From NCBI RefSeq assembly GCF_009914755.1, contig NC_060931.1: DNA of 64,000 nt; one strand, written 5' to 3'. A program made the translations under genes and the position numbers. Source of the stretch: the human T2T-CHM13v2.0 reference genome, Homo sapiens. Of this stretch, positions 42,901-54,900 are shown one piece after another. The stretch's first letter is position 1. Each line of letters begins with the position of its first letter. The notes under the pieces are model-generated. The model did no database searches, was not told the DNA's origin, and saw only the letters and a list, made by a program, of their open reading frames with translations.

Positions 42901-43747
42901 GCGCTCCAAATATCTAAATGCGGATCCTACAAAAAGAGTGATTCAAAACTGGTCTATTAAAAGGAAGGTTCAGCTCTGTGAGTTGAACGCACACATCACA
43001 GAAAGTTTCTGAGAATGCTTCCATTTAGTTTTTAGGTGAAGATGTTACCTTTTCAACCACAGCCTTCAAGACGCTCCAAATGTCCACTTGCAGATTCTAC
43101 AAGAAGATTGTTTCCAGGCTGCTCTATCAAAAGAAATGTTCAACTATGGGAGTAGAATACACACATCACAAAGTCGTTTCTGAGAATGCTTCTGTCTAGT
43201 TTTTACGTGAAGATACTTCCTTTTCTACCAGAGGCCTGAAAGCGCTCCAAATATCCAATTGCAGATTCTACAAGAAGAGTGTTTCAAAACTTCTCTATCA
43301 AAAGTAAGGGTCTGCTTTGTGAGTTGAATGTACACATCAAAATGAAGTTTCTGATTATACTTCTGTCTACTTCTTATGGGAAGATATTTCCTTATCCGCA
43401 ATGGTCCTCAAAGCGCTCGAAATGCCCACTTGAAGATTCTTGGGAAAGACTGTTTCAAAACTGCTCTATCAAAAGAAAGTTTCAACTTTGTGTGTAGAAT
43501 GCACACATCACAAAGTCGTTTCTGAGAATGCTTCTGTCTAGTTTTTATAGGAAGATATTTCCTTTTCTACCATAAGCCTCAAAGCACGGCAAATATGAAC
43601 TGGCAGATTCTTCAAAAAGAGTGTTTCAGAAATGCTCTATCAAAACTGTTCTATCAACCCTGTGAGTTGAATGGACACATCACAAAGACGTTTCTGAGAA
43701 TGCTTCTGTCTAGGTTTTATGTGAAGATGTTCTCGTTTCCAAAGAAT

Positions 43748-45798
43748 GCTTCAAAGAGTACTTAAGTATCCGCCTGCAGATTCTAAAAAAAGGAGTGTTT
43801 CAAAACTGCTCTAACAAAGGAAAGGTTCAACCTGGGAGTTGAATGCACACATCACAAAGAAGTTTCTGAGGATGCTTCTGTCTAGTTTTAATGCGAAGAT
43901 ATTCCCTTCTCCACCATAACCTTCAAAGCGCTCCAAATGTCCATTTGCAGATTTTACAAACAGAGTGTTTCCAGACTGCTCTATCAAAAGAAATTTTCAA
44001 CTATGGGAGTAGAATGCACACATCACAAATGCGTTTCTGAGAATGCTTCTGTCTAGTTTTTATGTGAAGATATTTCCTTTTCTACCGTAGGCATACATGT
44101 GCTCCAAATATCCGCTTGCAGATTCTAAAAAAAGAGTGTTTCAAAACTGCTCCATCAAAAGGAAGGTTCAATTCTGTGAGTTGAATGCACACATCAAAAG
44201 TAGTTTCTGAGAATGCTTCTGCCTAATTTTTAATTTTAAGATATTCCCATTTCCAAAGAAGGCTTCAATTTGCTCCAAATATCCACTTGCAGATTGTACA
44301 AAAAGAGGGTTTCAAAACTGCTCTATCAAAAGGAAGGTTCAACTCTGTGAGATGAATGCACACATCACAAAGTGGTTTCAGAGAATGCTTCTTTCTAGTT
44401 TTTCGGTGACGATATTCCCGTTTCCAATGTAGCATTCAAAGAGCTCCAAATATCCTCCTGCAGATTGTGCAAAAAGGGTGTTTCAAAACTGCTCTATCAA
44501 AAAGAAGCTTCAACTCTGTGAGTTGAATGCACAAATCACAAAGAAGTCTCTGAGAATACTTCTGTCTATTTTTAGGTGACGATACTCCCGTTTCCAAAGA
44601 AGGCTTCAAAGCACTCCAAATATCCACCTGCAGATTATAAAGGAAGAGTTTTTCAAAACTGCTCAATCCAAAGGAAGGTTCAGCTCCGTGAGTTCAATGC
44701 CCACATCACAAAGAAGTTTCTGAGAATGCTTCTGTCTAGTTTCAATGGGAAGATATTCCCATTTCCAACGAAGGCTTCAAAGCGCTCCAAATATCCACTT
44801 GCAGAGTCTACAAAAAGACTGTTTCACAACTGCACTATAAAAGTAAGGTTGTACTTTGTTAGTTGAATGCACCCATCAAAATGAAGTTTCTGAGAACACT
44901 TCTGTCTACTTTTCATGTGAAGATATTTCCTTATCCACAATAGTCCCCAAAGCCCTCAAAATGCCCACTCGAAGATTCCTCAAAAAGACGGTTTCAAAAC
45001 TGCAGTATCAGAAGGAAATTTCAACTATGTGAGTAGAATGCACACATCACAAAGTAGTTTCTGAGAATGCTTCTGTCTAGTTTTTATATGAAGATATTTC
45101 CTTTTCTACCTTAAGCCTCAAAGTGCTGCAATTATGCACTTTCAGATTCTTCAAAAAGAGGGTTTCAAAACTGCTCTAGTAAAAGGAAGTTTCAACGCTG
45201 TGAGTTGAATACACACATCACAAAGAAGTTTCTGAGAATGCTTCTGTCTAATTTTTATGTGAAGATAATCCTGTTTCCCAAGAAGGCTTCAAAGCACCCT
45301 AATATCCTCCTCCAGATTCTACAGAAAGAGTGTTTCAAAACTGCTCTATCAAAAGGAAGGTTCAACTCTGTGAGTTGAATGCAGACATCATAAAGGAGTT
45401 TCTGAGAATGCTTCCGTCTTGTTTTAATGTGAAGATATTTCCTTTTCAACCGATAGCCTAAAAGAGCTCCAAATGTCCAACTGCAGATTTTTTAAAAAGA
45501 ATGTTTCAAAACGGCACTATCAAAAGAAAGGTTCAGCTCCGTGAGTTGAATGCACACATCTCAAAGAAGTTTCTGAGAATGCTTCTGTCTAGTTTTTATA
45601 GGAAGATATTTCCTTTTCTACCATAAGCCTCAAAGCACGGCAAATATGAACTGGCAGATTCTTTAAAAAGAGTGTTTCAGATCTGCTCTATCAAAACTGT
45701 TCTATCAACCCTGTGAGTTGAATGGACACATCACAAAGACGTTTCTGAGAATGCTTCTGTCTAGGTTTTATGTGAAGATATTCTCGTTTCCAAAGAAT
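43748..45798 (-). repeat. 12-mer structural variant of the HOR (4 monomers, 683 bp, deleted)
   Basis: Unit length is 2051 bp versus 2734 bp. The sequence jumps from ...CATCTCAAAGAAGTTTCTG... directly to ...TATAGGAAGATATTTCCTTTTCTACCATAAGCC at ~45569-45599. Confidence 0.95.
44757..44773 (-). promoter_or_regulatory. Inactivated CENP-B box in the 12-mer unit
   Basis: TCCCATTTCCAACGAAG: G>A at 44761 destroys a core CpG (CpG to CpA). Confidence 0.88.
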
Positions 45799-48700
45799 GC
45801 TACAAAGAGTACTTAAGTATCCGCCTGCAGATTCTAAAAAAAGGAGTGTTTCAAAACTGCTCTAACAAAAGAAAGGTTCAACCTGGGAGTTGAATGCACA
45901 CATCACAAAGAAGTTTCTGAGGATGCTTCTGTCTAGTTTTAATGCGAAGATATTCCCTTTTCCACCATAACCTTCAAAGCGCTCTAAATGTCCATTTGCA
46001 GATTTTACAAACAGAGTGTTTCCAGACTGCTCTATCAAAAGAAATTTTCAACTATGGGAGTAGAATGCACACATCACAAATGCGTTTCTGAGAATGCTTC
46101 TGTCTAGTTTTTATGTGAAGGTATTTCCTTTTCTACCATAGGCATACATGTGCTCCAAATATCCGCTTGCAGATTCTAAAAAAAGAGTGTTTCAAAACTG
46201 CTCCATCAAAAGGAAGGTTCAATTCTGTGAGTTGAATGCACACATCACAAAGTAGTTTCTGAGAATGCTTCTGCCTAATTTTACATTTTAAGATATTCCC
46301 ATTTCCAAAGAAGGCTTCAATTTGCTCCAAATATCCACTTGCAGATTGTACAAAAAGAGGGTTTCAAAACTGCTCTATCAAAAGGAAGGTTCAACTCTGT
46401 GAGATGAATGCACACATCACAAAGTGGTTTCAGAGAATGCTTCTTTCTAGTTTTTCGGTGACGATATTCCCGTTTCCAATGTAGCATTCAAAGAGCTCCA
46501 AATATCCTCCTGCAGATTGTGCAAAAAGGGTGTTTCAAAACTGCTCTATCAAAAAGAAGCTTCAACTCTGTGAGTTGAATGCACAAATCACAAAGAAGTC
46601 TCTGAGAATACTTCTGTCTATTTTTAGGTGACGATACTCCCGTTTCCAAAGAAGGCTTCAAAGCACTCCAAATATCCACCTGCAGATTATAAAGGAAGAG
46701 TTTTTCAAAACTGCTCAATCCAAAGGAAGGTTCAGCTCCGTGAGTTCAATGCCCACATCACAAAGAAGTTTCTGAGAATGCTTCTGTCTAGTTTCAATGG
46801 GAAGATATTCCCGTTTCCAACGAAGGCTTCAAAGCGCTCCAAATATCCACTTGCAGAGTCTACAAAAAGACTGTTTCACAACTGCTCTATAAAAGTAAGG
46901 TTGTACTTTGTTAGTTGAATGCACCCATCAAAATGAAGTTTCTGAGAACACTTCTGTCTACTATTCATGTGAAGATATTTCCTTATCCACAATAGTCCCC
47001 AAAGCCCTCAAAATGCCCACTCGAAGATTCCTCAAAAAGACGGTTTCAAAACTGCAGTATCAGAAGGAAATTTCAACTATGTGAGTAGAATGCACACATC
47101 ACAAAGTAGTTTCTGAGAATGCTTCTGTCTAGTTTTTATATGAATATATTTCCTTTTCTACCTTAAGCCTCAAAGTGCTGCAATTATGCACTTTCAGATT
47201 CTTCAAAAAGAGGGTTTCAAAACTGCTCTAGCAAAAGGAAGTTTCAACGCTGTGAGTTGAATGCACACATCACAAAGAAGTTTCTGAGAATGCTTCTGTC
47301 TAATTTTTATGTGAAGATAATCCTGTTTCCCAAGAAGGCTTCAAAGCACCCTAATATCCTCCTCCAGATTCTACAGAAAGAGTGTTTCAAAACTGCTCTA
47401 TCAAAAGGAAGGTTCAACTCTGTGAGTTGAATGCAGACATCATAAAGGAGTTTCTGAGAATGCTTCTGTCTTGTTTTAATGTGAAGATATTTCCTTTTCA
47501 TCCGATAGCCTAAAAGAGCTCCAAATGTCCAACTGCAGATTTTTTAAAAAGAATGTTTCAAAACTGCACTATCAAAAGAAAGGTTCAGCTCTGTGAGTTG
47601 AATGCACACATCTCATAGAAGTTTCTGAGATTGGTTCTGTCTACTTTTTATGTGAAGATATTCGCGATTCCAATGAAGTCTTCAAAGCGCTCCAAATATC
47701 TAAATGCGGATTCTACAAAAAGAGTGATTCAAAACTGGTCTATGAAAAGGAAGGTTCAGCTCTGTGAGTTGAACGCACACATCACAGAAAGTTTCTGAGA
47801 ATGCTTCCATTTAGTTTTTAGGTGAGGATGTTACCTTTTCAACCACAGCCTTCAAAACGCTCCAAATGTCCACTTGCAGATTCTACAAGAAGATTGTTTC
47901 CAGGCTGCTCTATCAAAAGAAATGTTCACCTATGGGAGTAGAATACACACATCACAAAGTCGTTTCTGAGAATGCTTCTGTCTAGTTTTTATGTGAAGAT
48001 ATTTCCTTTTCTACCAGAGGCCTGAAAGCACTCCAAATATCCAATTGCAGATTCTACAAAAAGAGTGTTTCAAAACTTCTCTATCAAAAGTAAGGGTCTA
48101 CTTTGTGAGTTGAATGTACACATCAAAATGAAGTTTCTGATTATACTTCTGTCTACTTCTTATGTGACGATATTTCCTTATCTGCAATGGTCCTCAAAGC
48201 CCTCGAAATGCCCACTTGAAGATTCTTCGGAAAGACTGTTTCAAAACTGCTCTATCAAAAGAAAGTTTCAACTTTGTGTGTAGAATGCACACATCACAAA
48301 GTCGTTTCTGAGAATGCTTCTGTCTAGGTTTTATAGGAAGATATTTCCTTTTCTACCATAAGCCTCAAAGCACGGCAAATATGAACTGGCAGATTCTTTA
48401 AAAAGAGTGTTTCAAAACTGCTCTATCAAAACTGTTCTATCAACTCTGTGAGATGAATGGACACATCACAAAGACGTTTCTGAGAATGCTTCTGTCTAGG
48501 TTTCATGTGAAGATATTCTCGTTTCCAAAGAATGCTTCAAAGAGTACTTAAATATCCGCCTGCAGATTCTACAAAAGGAGTGTTTCAAAACTGCTCTAAC
48601 AAAAGAAAGTTTCAACCTGCGAGTTGAATGCACACATCACAAAGAAGTTTCTGAGAATGCTTCTGTCTAGTTTTAATGCGAAGATATTCCCTTTTCCACC

Positions 48701-48876
48701 ATAACCTTCAAAGCGCTCCAAATGTCCATTTGCAGATTTTACAAACAGAGTGTTTCCATGCTGCTCTATCGAAAGAAATTTTCAACTATGGGAGTAGAAT
48801 GCACACATCACAAATTCGTTTCTGAGAATGCTTCCGTCTAGTTTTTATGTGAAGATATTTCCTTTTCTACCATAGG

Positions 48877-48916
48877 CATAAATGTGCTCCAAATATCATA
48901 AATGTGCTCCAAATAT
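48877..48916. repeat. Perfect 20-bp tandem duplication at the array end
   Basis: CATAAATGTGCTCCAAATAT occurs twice (48877-48896, 48897-48916). It is single-copy at the same position in the earlier units. Confidence 0.95.
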
Positions 48917-51900
48917 CCACTTGCAGATACTAAAAAAGAGTGTTTCAAAACTGCCCTATGAAAAGGTGTGTACAAATGTGTCAGTTGAATGCACGCATCA
49001 CAAAGTCGTTTCTGAGAATTCTTCTGTCTAGTTTTTATGTGTAGATATTTCCTTTTCCACCATAGGCCTCAAAGCTCTCCAAATGTCCACTTGCGGATTC
49101 TACAAAAAGAGTGTTTCAAACCCATTCTATCAAAATAAGGTTCAACTCTGTGAGTTGAATACACACATCACAAAGTAGTTTCTGAGAATGCTTCTGTCTC
49201 GATTTTATATGAATATATTTCCATTTCCACCACAACCCTCAAAGCTCTCCAAATGTCCACTTGCAGATTCTACAAGAAGAGTGTTTCAACACTGCTCTAT
49301 CAAAAGAAAGGTTCAACTCTGTGAGTTGAATGAACGTATCACATAGAAGTTTCTGTGAATGCTTCTGTCTAATTTTTATATGAAGATAATTCATTTTCTA
49401 CCATAGGCTTCAAATCCCTCCATATATCCACTTGAGGTTTCTACAAAAAGAGTGTTTCAAAACTGCTCTATCAAAAGAAATGTTCAACTCTGTGAGTTTA
49501 GTGCACTCATAACCAACTGCTTTTGTCTAGTTTTTATATGAAGATATTTCCTTTTCTACCAAAGGCCTCAAAGGACTCTATATATCCACTTGCAGATTCT
49601 ACAAAAAGAGTGTTTCAACACTCCTCTATCAAAAGAAAGGTTCAACTCTGTGAGTTGAATGCACAAATCACTAAGTTTCTGAGAATGCTTCTGTCTAGTT
49701 TTTATTTGAAGATACTTCCTTTTCTAACATAGGCCTCAAAGCTCTCCATATATCCACTTAGAGATTCTACAAAAAGTGTGTTTCAAAACTGCTCTATAAA
49801 AGAAAGTTTTAACACTGTTAGTTGAATGTGTACATCATAAAGAATTTTCCGTGAATGCTTCTGTCAACTTTTTATTTTAAGATATTCCCATTTCCACTGG
49901 AGGCCTCAAAGTGCTCCGTATATCCACTTGCGGATCCTACAAAACGAGAGTTTCAAAACTGATCTATCAAAAGAAAGTTTCAACTATGTGGGTTGAATGC
50001 ACACATCATTAAGTAGTTTCCTAGAATGCTTCTGTCTAGTTTTTATATGAAGATATTTCCTTTTCTTCCATAGGCCTCAAAGTGATCCATATATCCACTT
50101 GCAGATTCTACAAAAAGATGGTTTCAAAACTGCTGTACCAAAAGGAAGTTTCAACTCTGTGAGCTGAATGCGCACATCACAAAGCAGTTTCTGAGAATGC
50201 TTCTATTAACTTTTTATGTGAAGATATTCCCATTTCCACTGGAGGCCTCAAAGTGCTCTGTATATCCACTTGCAGATTCTACGAAAAGAGTGTTTCAAAA
50301 CTGCTCTATCAAAAGAAAGTTTCAACTCTGTGAGTTGAATGCACACATTGCTAAGTAGTTTCTGAGAATGCTTCTGTCTAGTTTTTATATGAAGATATTC
50401 CCTTTTCTTCCATAGACCTCAAAGTGCTCCATATATCCACTTGCAGATTCTACAAAAAGAGTGCTTCAACACTGCTGTATCAAAAGAAAGGTTCAACTCT
50501 GTGAGGTGAATGAACACATCACATAGCAGTTTCTGAGAATGCTTCTGTCTAGTTTTTAGGTGAAGATATTCCCGTTTCAACAGTAGGCCTCAAAGCCCTC
50601 TATTATCCACTTGCAGATTCTAGAAAAAGAGTGTTTCAAAACTGCTCTATCAAAAGGAAAGTTCAACTCTGTGAGCTGAAGGCACACATCACAAAGCAGA
50701 TTCTGAGAGTGCTTCTGTCTAGTTTTTAGGTGAAGATATTCCCCTTGCCACCTTAGGCCTCAATACCCTCCAAACATCGACTAGCAGATTCTACAAAAAA
50801 AGTGTTTCAGATCTGCTCTATCAAAAGTCTGGTTCAACTGTGTGAGTTGAGTGCACACATCAAAAATAAGTTTCTGAGAATGCTTCTGTCTAGTTTTTAT
50901 GTGAAGATAATCCCGTTTCCACTGAAGGCCTCAAAGGGCTCCATATATCCACTGGCAGATTCTTCAAAAAGAATGTTTGCAAACTGCTCTATCAAAAGAA
51001 AGGTTCAACTCTGTGAGTTGCATGCACACATCAAAAAGTAGTTTCTGACAATGCTTCTGTCTAGTTTTTATATGAAGATATTTCTTTTCCACCACAGACC
51101 TCATAGTGCTCCAAATGTCCACTTGCAGATTATACAAAAAGAATGATTCAAAACGTCTCTATCAAAAGAAAGTTTCAAATCTGTGAGTTGAATGCACACA
51201 ACACAAACATTTTCTTAGAATGCTTCTGTCTAGTTTTTATATGAACATATTTCCTTTTCTACCATAGGCCACAAAGCGGTCCATATATCCACTTGCGGAT
51301 TCTACAAAACGAGTGTTTCAAAACTGCTCTATCAAAAGAAAGTTTCAGCTCAGAGAGTTGAATGCTCACATCACTAAGTAGTTTCTAAGAATGTTTCTGT
51401 CTATTTTTTACATGAAGATATTTCCTTTCCTTCCATAGGCCTCAAAGCGAACCTTATATCCACTTGCAGATTCTACAAAAAGATTGTTTCATAACTGCTC
51501 TATCAAAAGGAAATTTCAACTCTGTGAGCTGAATGCACACATCACAAAGAAGTTTGTGAAAGTGTTTCTGTCTAGTTTTTATGGGAAGATATTCCCGTTT
51601 CCACTGAAGGCCTCAAAGCGCTCAGTATATCCACTTGAAGATACTACAAAAAGAGTGTTTCAATACTGCTCTATCAAAACGAAGCTTCAACTCTGTGTGT
51701 TGAATGCACAAATCACAAAGAAGTTACTGAGCATTCTTCTCTCTAGTTTTCAGGTGCGATATTCCCTTTTCCAACGAAGGCCTCAAAGTGGTCCAAATAT
51801 CAACTTACAGATGCTACAAAAACAGTGTTTCAAAACTACTTTATTAAAGGAAAGTTTCAACACTGTGAGTTGAATGCTCACATCACAAAGAAATTTCTGA

Positions 51901-54900
51901 GAATGGTTCTGTCTAATTTTATGGGAAGATATTGCCGTTTCCTACGAAAGCCTCAAACCGGCCCAAATATCCACTTGCAGATACTACAAAAAGAGTGTTT
52001 CAAAACCGCTCTATGAAAAGGTGAGTTCAAATGTGTGAGTTGAATGCACACATCACAAAGAAGTTTCTGAGTATGCTTCTGTCTAGTTTTCATGTGAAGA
52101 TATTTCCCTTTCCACCATAGGCCTCAAAGCTCTCCAAATGGCCACTTGCAGATTCTACAAAAAGAGTGTTTCCAAGCTGCTCTATCAAAAGAAATGTTCA
52201 ACACTGTGAGTTGAATGTACACATCACAAAGTAGTTTCTGAGAATGTCTCTGTCTAGTTTTTATGTGAAGATATTCCCGTTTCCAACAAAAGCCTCAAAG
52301 CTATCCAAATATCAACTTGCAGATTATACAAAACGAGTGTTTCAAAACTGCTCTATCAGAAGAAAGGTCCAGCTCTGTGAGTTGAATGCACACATCACCA
52401 AATGCTTCTGTCTAGTTTTGATATGAAGATATTTCCTTTTCTACCAAAGACCTCAAAGCACTCTATATATCCACTTGCAGATTGTACAAAAAGAGTGTTT
52501 CAAAACTTCTCTATCAAAAGAAAGGTTTAACTCTTTGAGTTGAGTGTGCACATCACAAAGGAGTTTCTGAAAATGTTTCTGTCAACTTTTTATGTTAAGA
52601 TATTCCCATTGCCACCGAATGTCTCAAAGTGCTCTGTATATCCACTTGCAGATTCTACGAAAAGAATGTTTCAAAACTGCTCTATCAAAAGAAAGTTTCA
52701 ACGTTGTGAGTTGAATGTACACATCGTTAATTAGTTTCTGATAATGCTTCTGTCTAGTTTTTATATGAAGATATTTCCTTTTCTTCCATAGACTGCATAG
52801 CGCTTCATATATCCACTTGCAGATTCTACAAAAAGAGTGTTTCAACACTGCTCTATCAAAGGAAGGTTCAAATCTGTGAGCTGAATGAAGACATCACATA
52901 GTAGTTTCTGAGAATGCTTCTGTCTAGTTTTTACATGAAGATATTTCATTTTCTACCATAGGCCTCAAATCGCTCCAAATATCCACTTGCAGATTCTACA
53001 AAAAGAGTGTTTCAAAACTGCTCAATCAAAAGAAACTTCCAACACTGTGAGTTGAATGCACACATCACAAAGAAGTTTGGGTGAATTCTGTCTAGATTTA
53101 TGTGAAGATAGTTCATTTTCCATCATAGGACTCAAAGGGAACAAAATATCCACTTGCAGTTTCTACAAAATGTGTGTTTCAAAACTGCTCCATCAAAAGA
53201 TAGGTTCAACTCTGTGAGTTGAATGCACACATCACAAAGAAGTTTCTGAGAATTCTTCTGTCCAGTTTTCATGTGAAGACATTTCCTTTTCCACCAAAGG
53301 CCTCAAATGGAACAAAATATACACTTGCAGATTCTACAAAAAGAGTGTTTCCGAACTGCTCTATTTGAGTTGAATGCGCACATCACAGGGAAGTTTCTCA
53401 GAATGCTTCTTTCAATTTTTTATGTGAAGATATTTCGTTTTACAACATAGCCCTCTAAGCCTTCCATATATTCACTTGGAGATTCTACAGAAAGAGAGTT
53501 TCAAAACTGCTCTATCAAAAGAAAGGTTCAAATCTATGAGTTAAATGAACACATATCAAAGAAGTTTCTGAGAATTCTTCTGTCTAGTTTTTATGTGAAG
53601 ATATTTCCTTTTCCGCCATAGGCCACATAGCACTACAAATATCCACCTGCAGATTCTACAAAAAGAGTGTTTCAAAACTGCTCTATCAAAAGAAAGTTTC
53701 AACTCTTTGAGTTGAATGCACACATCTGTCTAGTTTTTATGTGAAGATATTTCCTTTTCCACCACAGGCCTCAAAGTGCTCCAATCATCCATGTGCAGAT
53801 ACTGCAAAGAGAGTGTTTCAAAGCTGCTCTATCAAAAGAAAGTTTCAACTCTGTGAGTTGAATGCAAGCATCTCAAAGAAGCTTGGGTGAATTCTGTCTA
53901 GATTTATGTGAAGATAGTTCGTTTACCATCATAGGCCTCAAAGGGAACAAAATATCCACTTGCAGTTTCTACAAAATGAGTGTTTCAAAACTGCTCTATT
54001 AAAAGATAGGTTCAAATCTGTGAGTTGAATGCACACATCACAAAAAGTTTCTGAAAATGCTTCTGTATAGTTTTTATGTGAAGGTATTTCCTTTTCCAAC
54101 ATAGGATTCAAAGCGCTCCAAATATCCACTTGCTGATTCTACAAAAAGAGTGTTTCCAAACTGCTCTATCAAAAGAACTTTTGAACTCTTCGAGTTGAAT
54201 GCACAAATCACAGGGAAGTTTCTGAGAATGATTCTGTCTAGTTTTTATGTGAATATATTTCCTTTTACAACATAGCCCTCTAAGCCCTCCATATATTCAC
54301 TTGGAGATACTACAAAAAGACTTTCAAAACTGCTCTATCAAAAGATAGGTTCAACTCTGTGAGTTGAATTCGCACATCACAAAGAAGTTTCTGAGATGAC
54401 TTCTGTCTAGTTTTTATGTGAAGATATTTCCTTTTCCTCCATAGGCCTCAAATCACTCCTAATATCCACCTGCAGATTCTACAAAATGTGAGTTTCAAAA
54501 CTGCTCTATCAAAAGATAGGTTCAACTCTGTGAGTTGAATGCGCACATCACAAGGAAGCTTCTGAGATGGCTTCTGTCTAGTTTTTATGTGAAGATATTT
54601 CCTTTTCCACCATAGACCTCAAAGTGCTCCAAGCATCCACGTGCAGATTCTACAAAGAAAGTGTTTCAAAACTGCTCTGTCAAAAGAAACGTTCAATTCT
54701 GTGAGATGAATGCACACATCACAAAGAAGTTACTGAGAATACTTCTGTCTAGTTTTTATGAGGAGATATTTCGTTTTCCAACATAAGCCTCAAAAGGAAA
54801 GAAATATCAACTTTCAGATTATACAAAAGAGTGTTTCAAAACTGCTCAATCAAAAGAAACTTTCAACACTGTGAGTTGAGTGCACACATCACAAAGAAGT

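Larger units (their letters stand above)
12901..47400 (-). repeat. HOR haplotype B block (end of unit 5 to mid unit 18)
   Basis: Diagnostic alleles: TACGTGAAGATACTT, CTTAAGTATCC, CTGAGGATGC, ACCGTAGGCATACATG, GCTCCATC, AAGTCTCTGAG, CACTCGAAG, AGACGGTT, GCGGATCC (BamHI, first at 15584-15589), and a 1-bp deletion CATCAAAAGTAG in units 7-17. Boundaries are gradual and approximate. Confidence 0.85.
1..48928 (-). repeat. Alpha-satellite 16-mer higher-order repeat array (~2.73 kb unit), SF5-like (R1/R2); candidate D7Z2
   Basis: The monomer landmark TTTCTGAGAATGCTTCTGTCTAG recurs every ~171 bp, 16 times per unit. The unit marker GCTTCAAAGAGTACTTAA starts at 1, 2735, 5470, 8205, 10940, 13675, 16410, 19144, 21878, 24611, 27345, 30079, 32812, 35546, 38280, 41014, 43748, 45799 (variant GCTACAAAG) and 48534. 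Box order per unit is AABBBBAABABAAAAB, which is irregular as in SF5. One AAGCTT per unit (first at 758-763). The CENP-B box reads on the minus strand. The D7Z2 name comes from recall (16-mer, 2.7 kb, CENP-B-poor), not from a search; confidence in the name alone is ~0.55. Confidence 0.98.

Noticed and set aside
334-48283. Recurrent 60-138 aa ORFs (MFQNC..., MTILPFP..., MSSFEKL...) resembling a tandem gene family
   Set aside because: They are translations of alpha satellite that repeat with the HOR period. Many start at GTG/TTG, and their lengths change with single SNPs. There is no gene structure.
1-48928. CRISPR-like pattern of conserved motifs separated by variable sequence
   Set aside because: The intervening sequences are homologous parts of the 171-bp monomer, not unique spacers. 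There are no cas genes, and the DNA is primate satellite.
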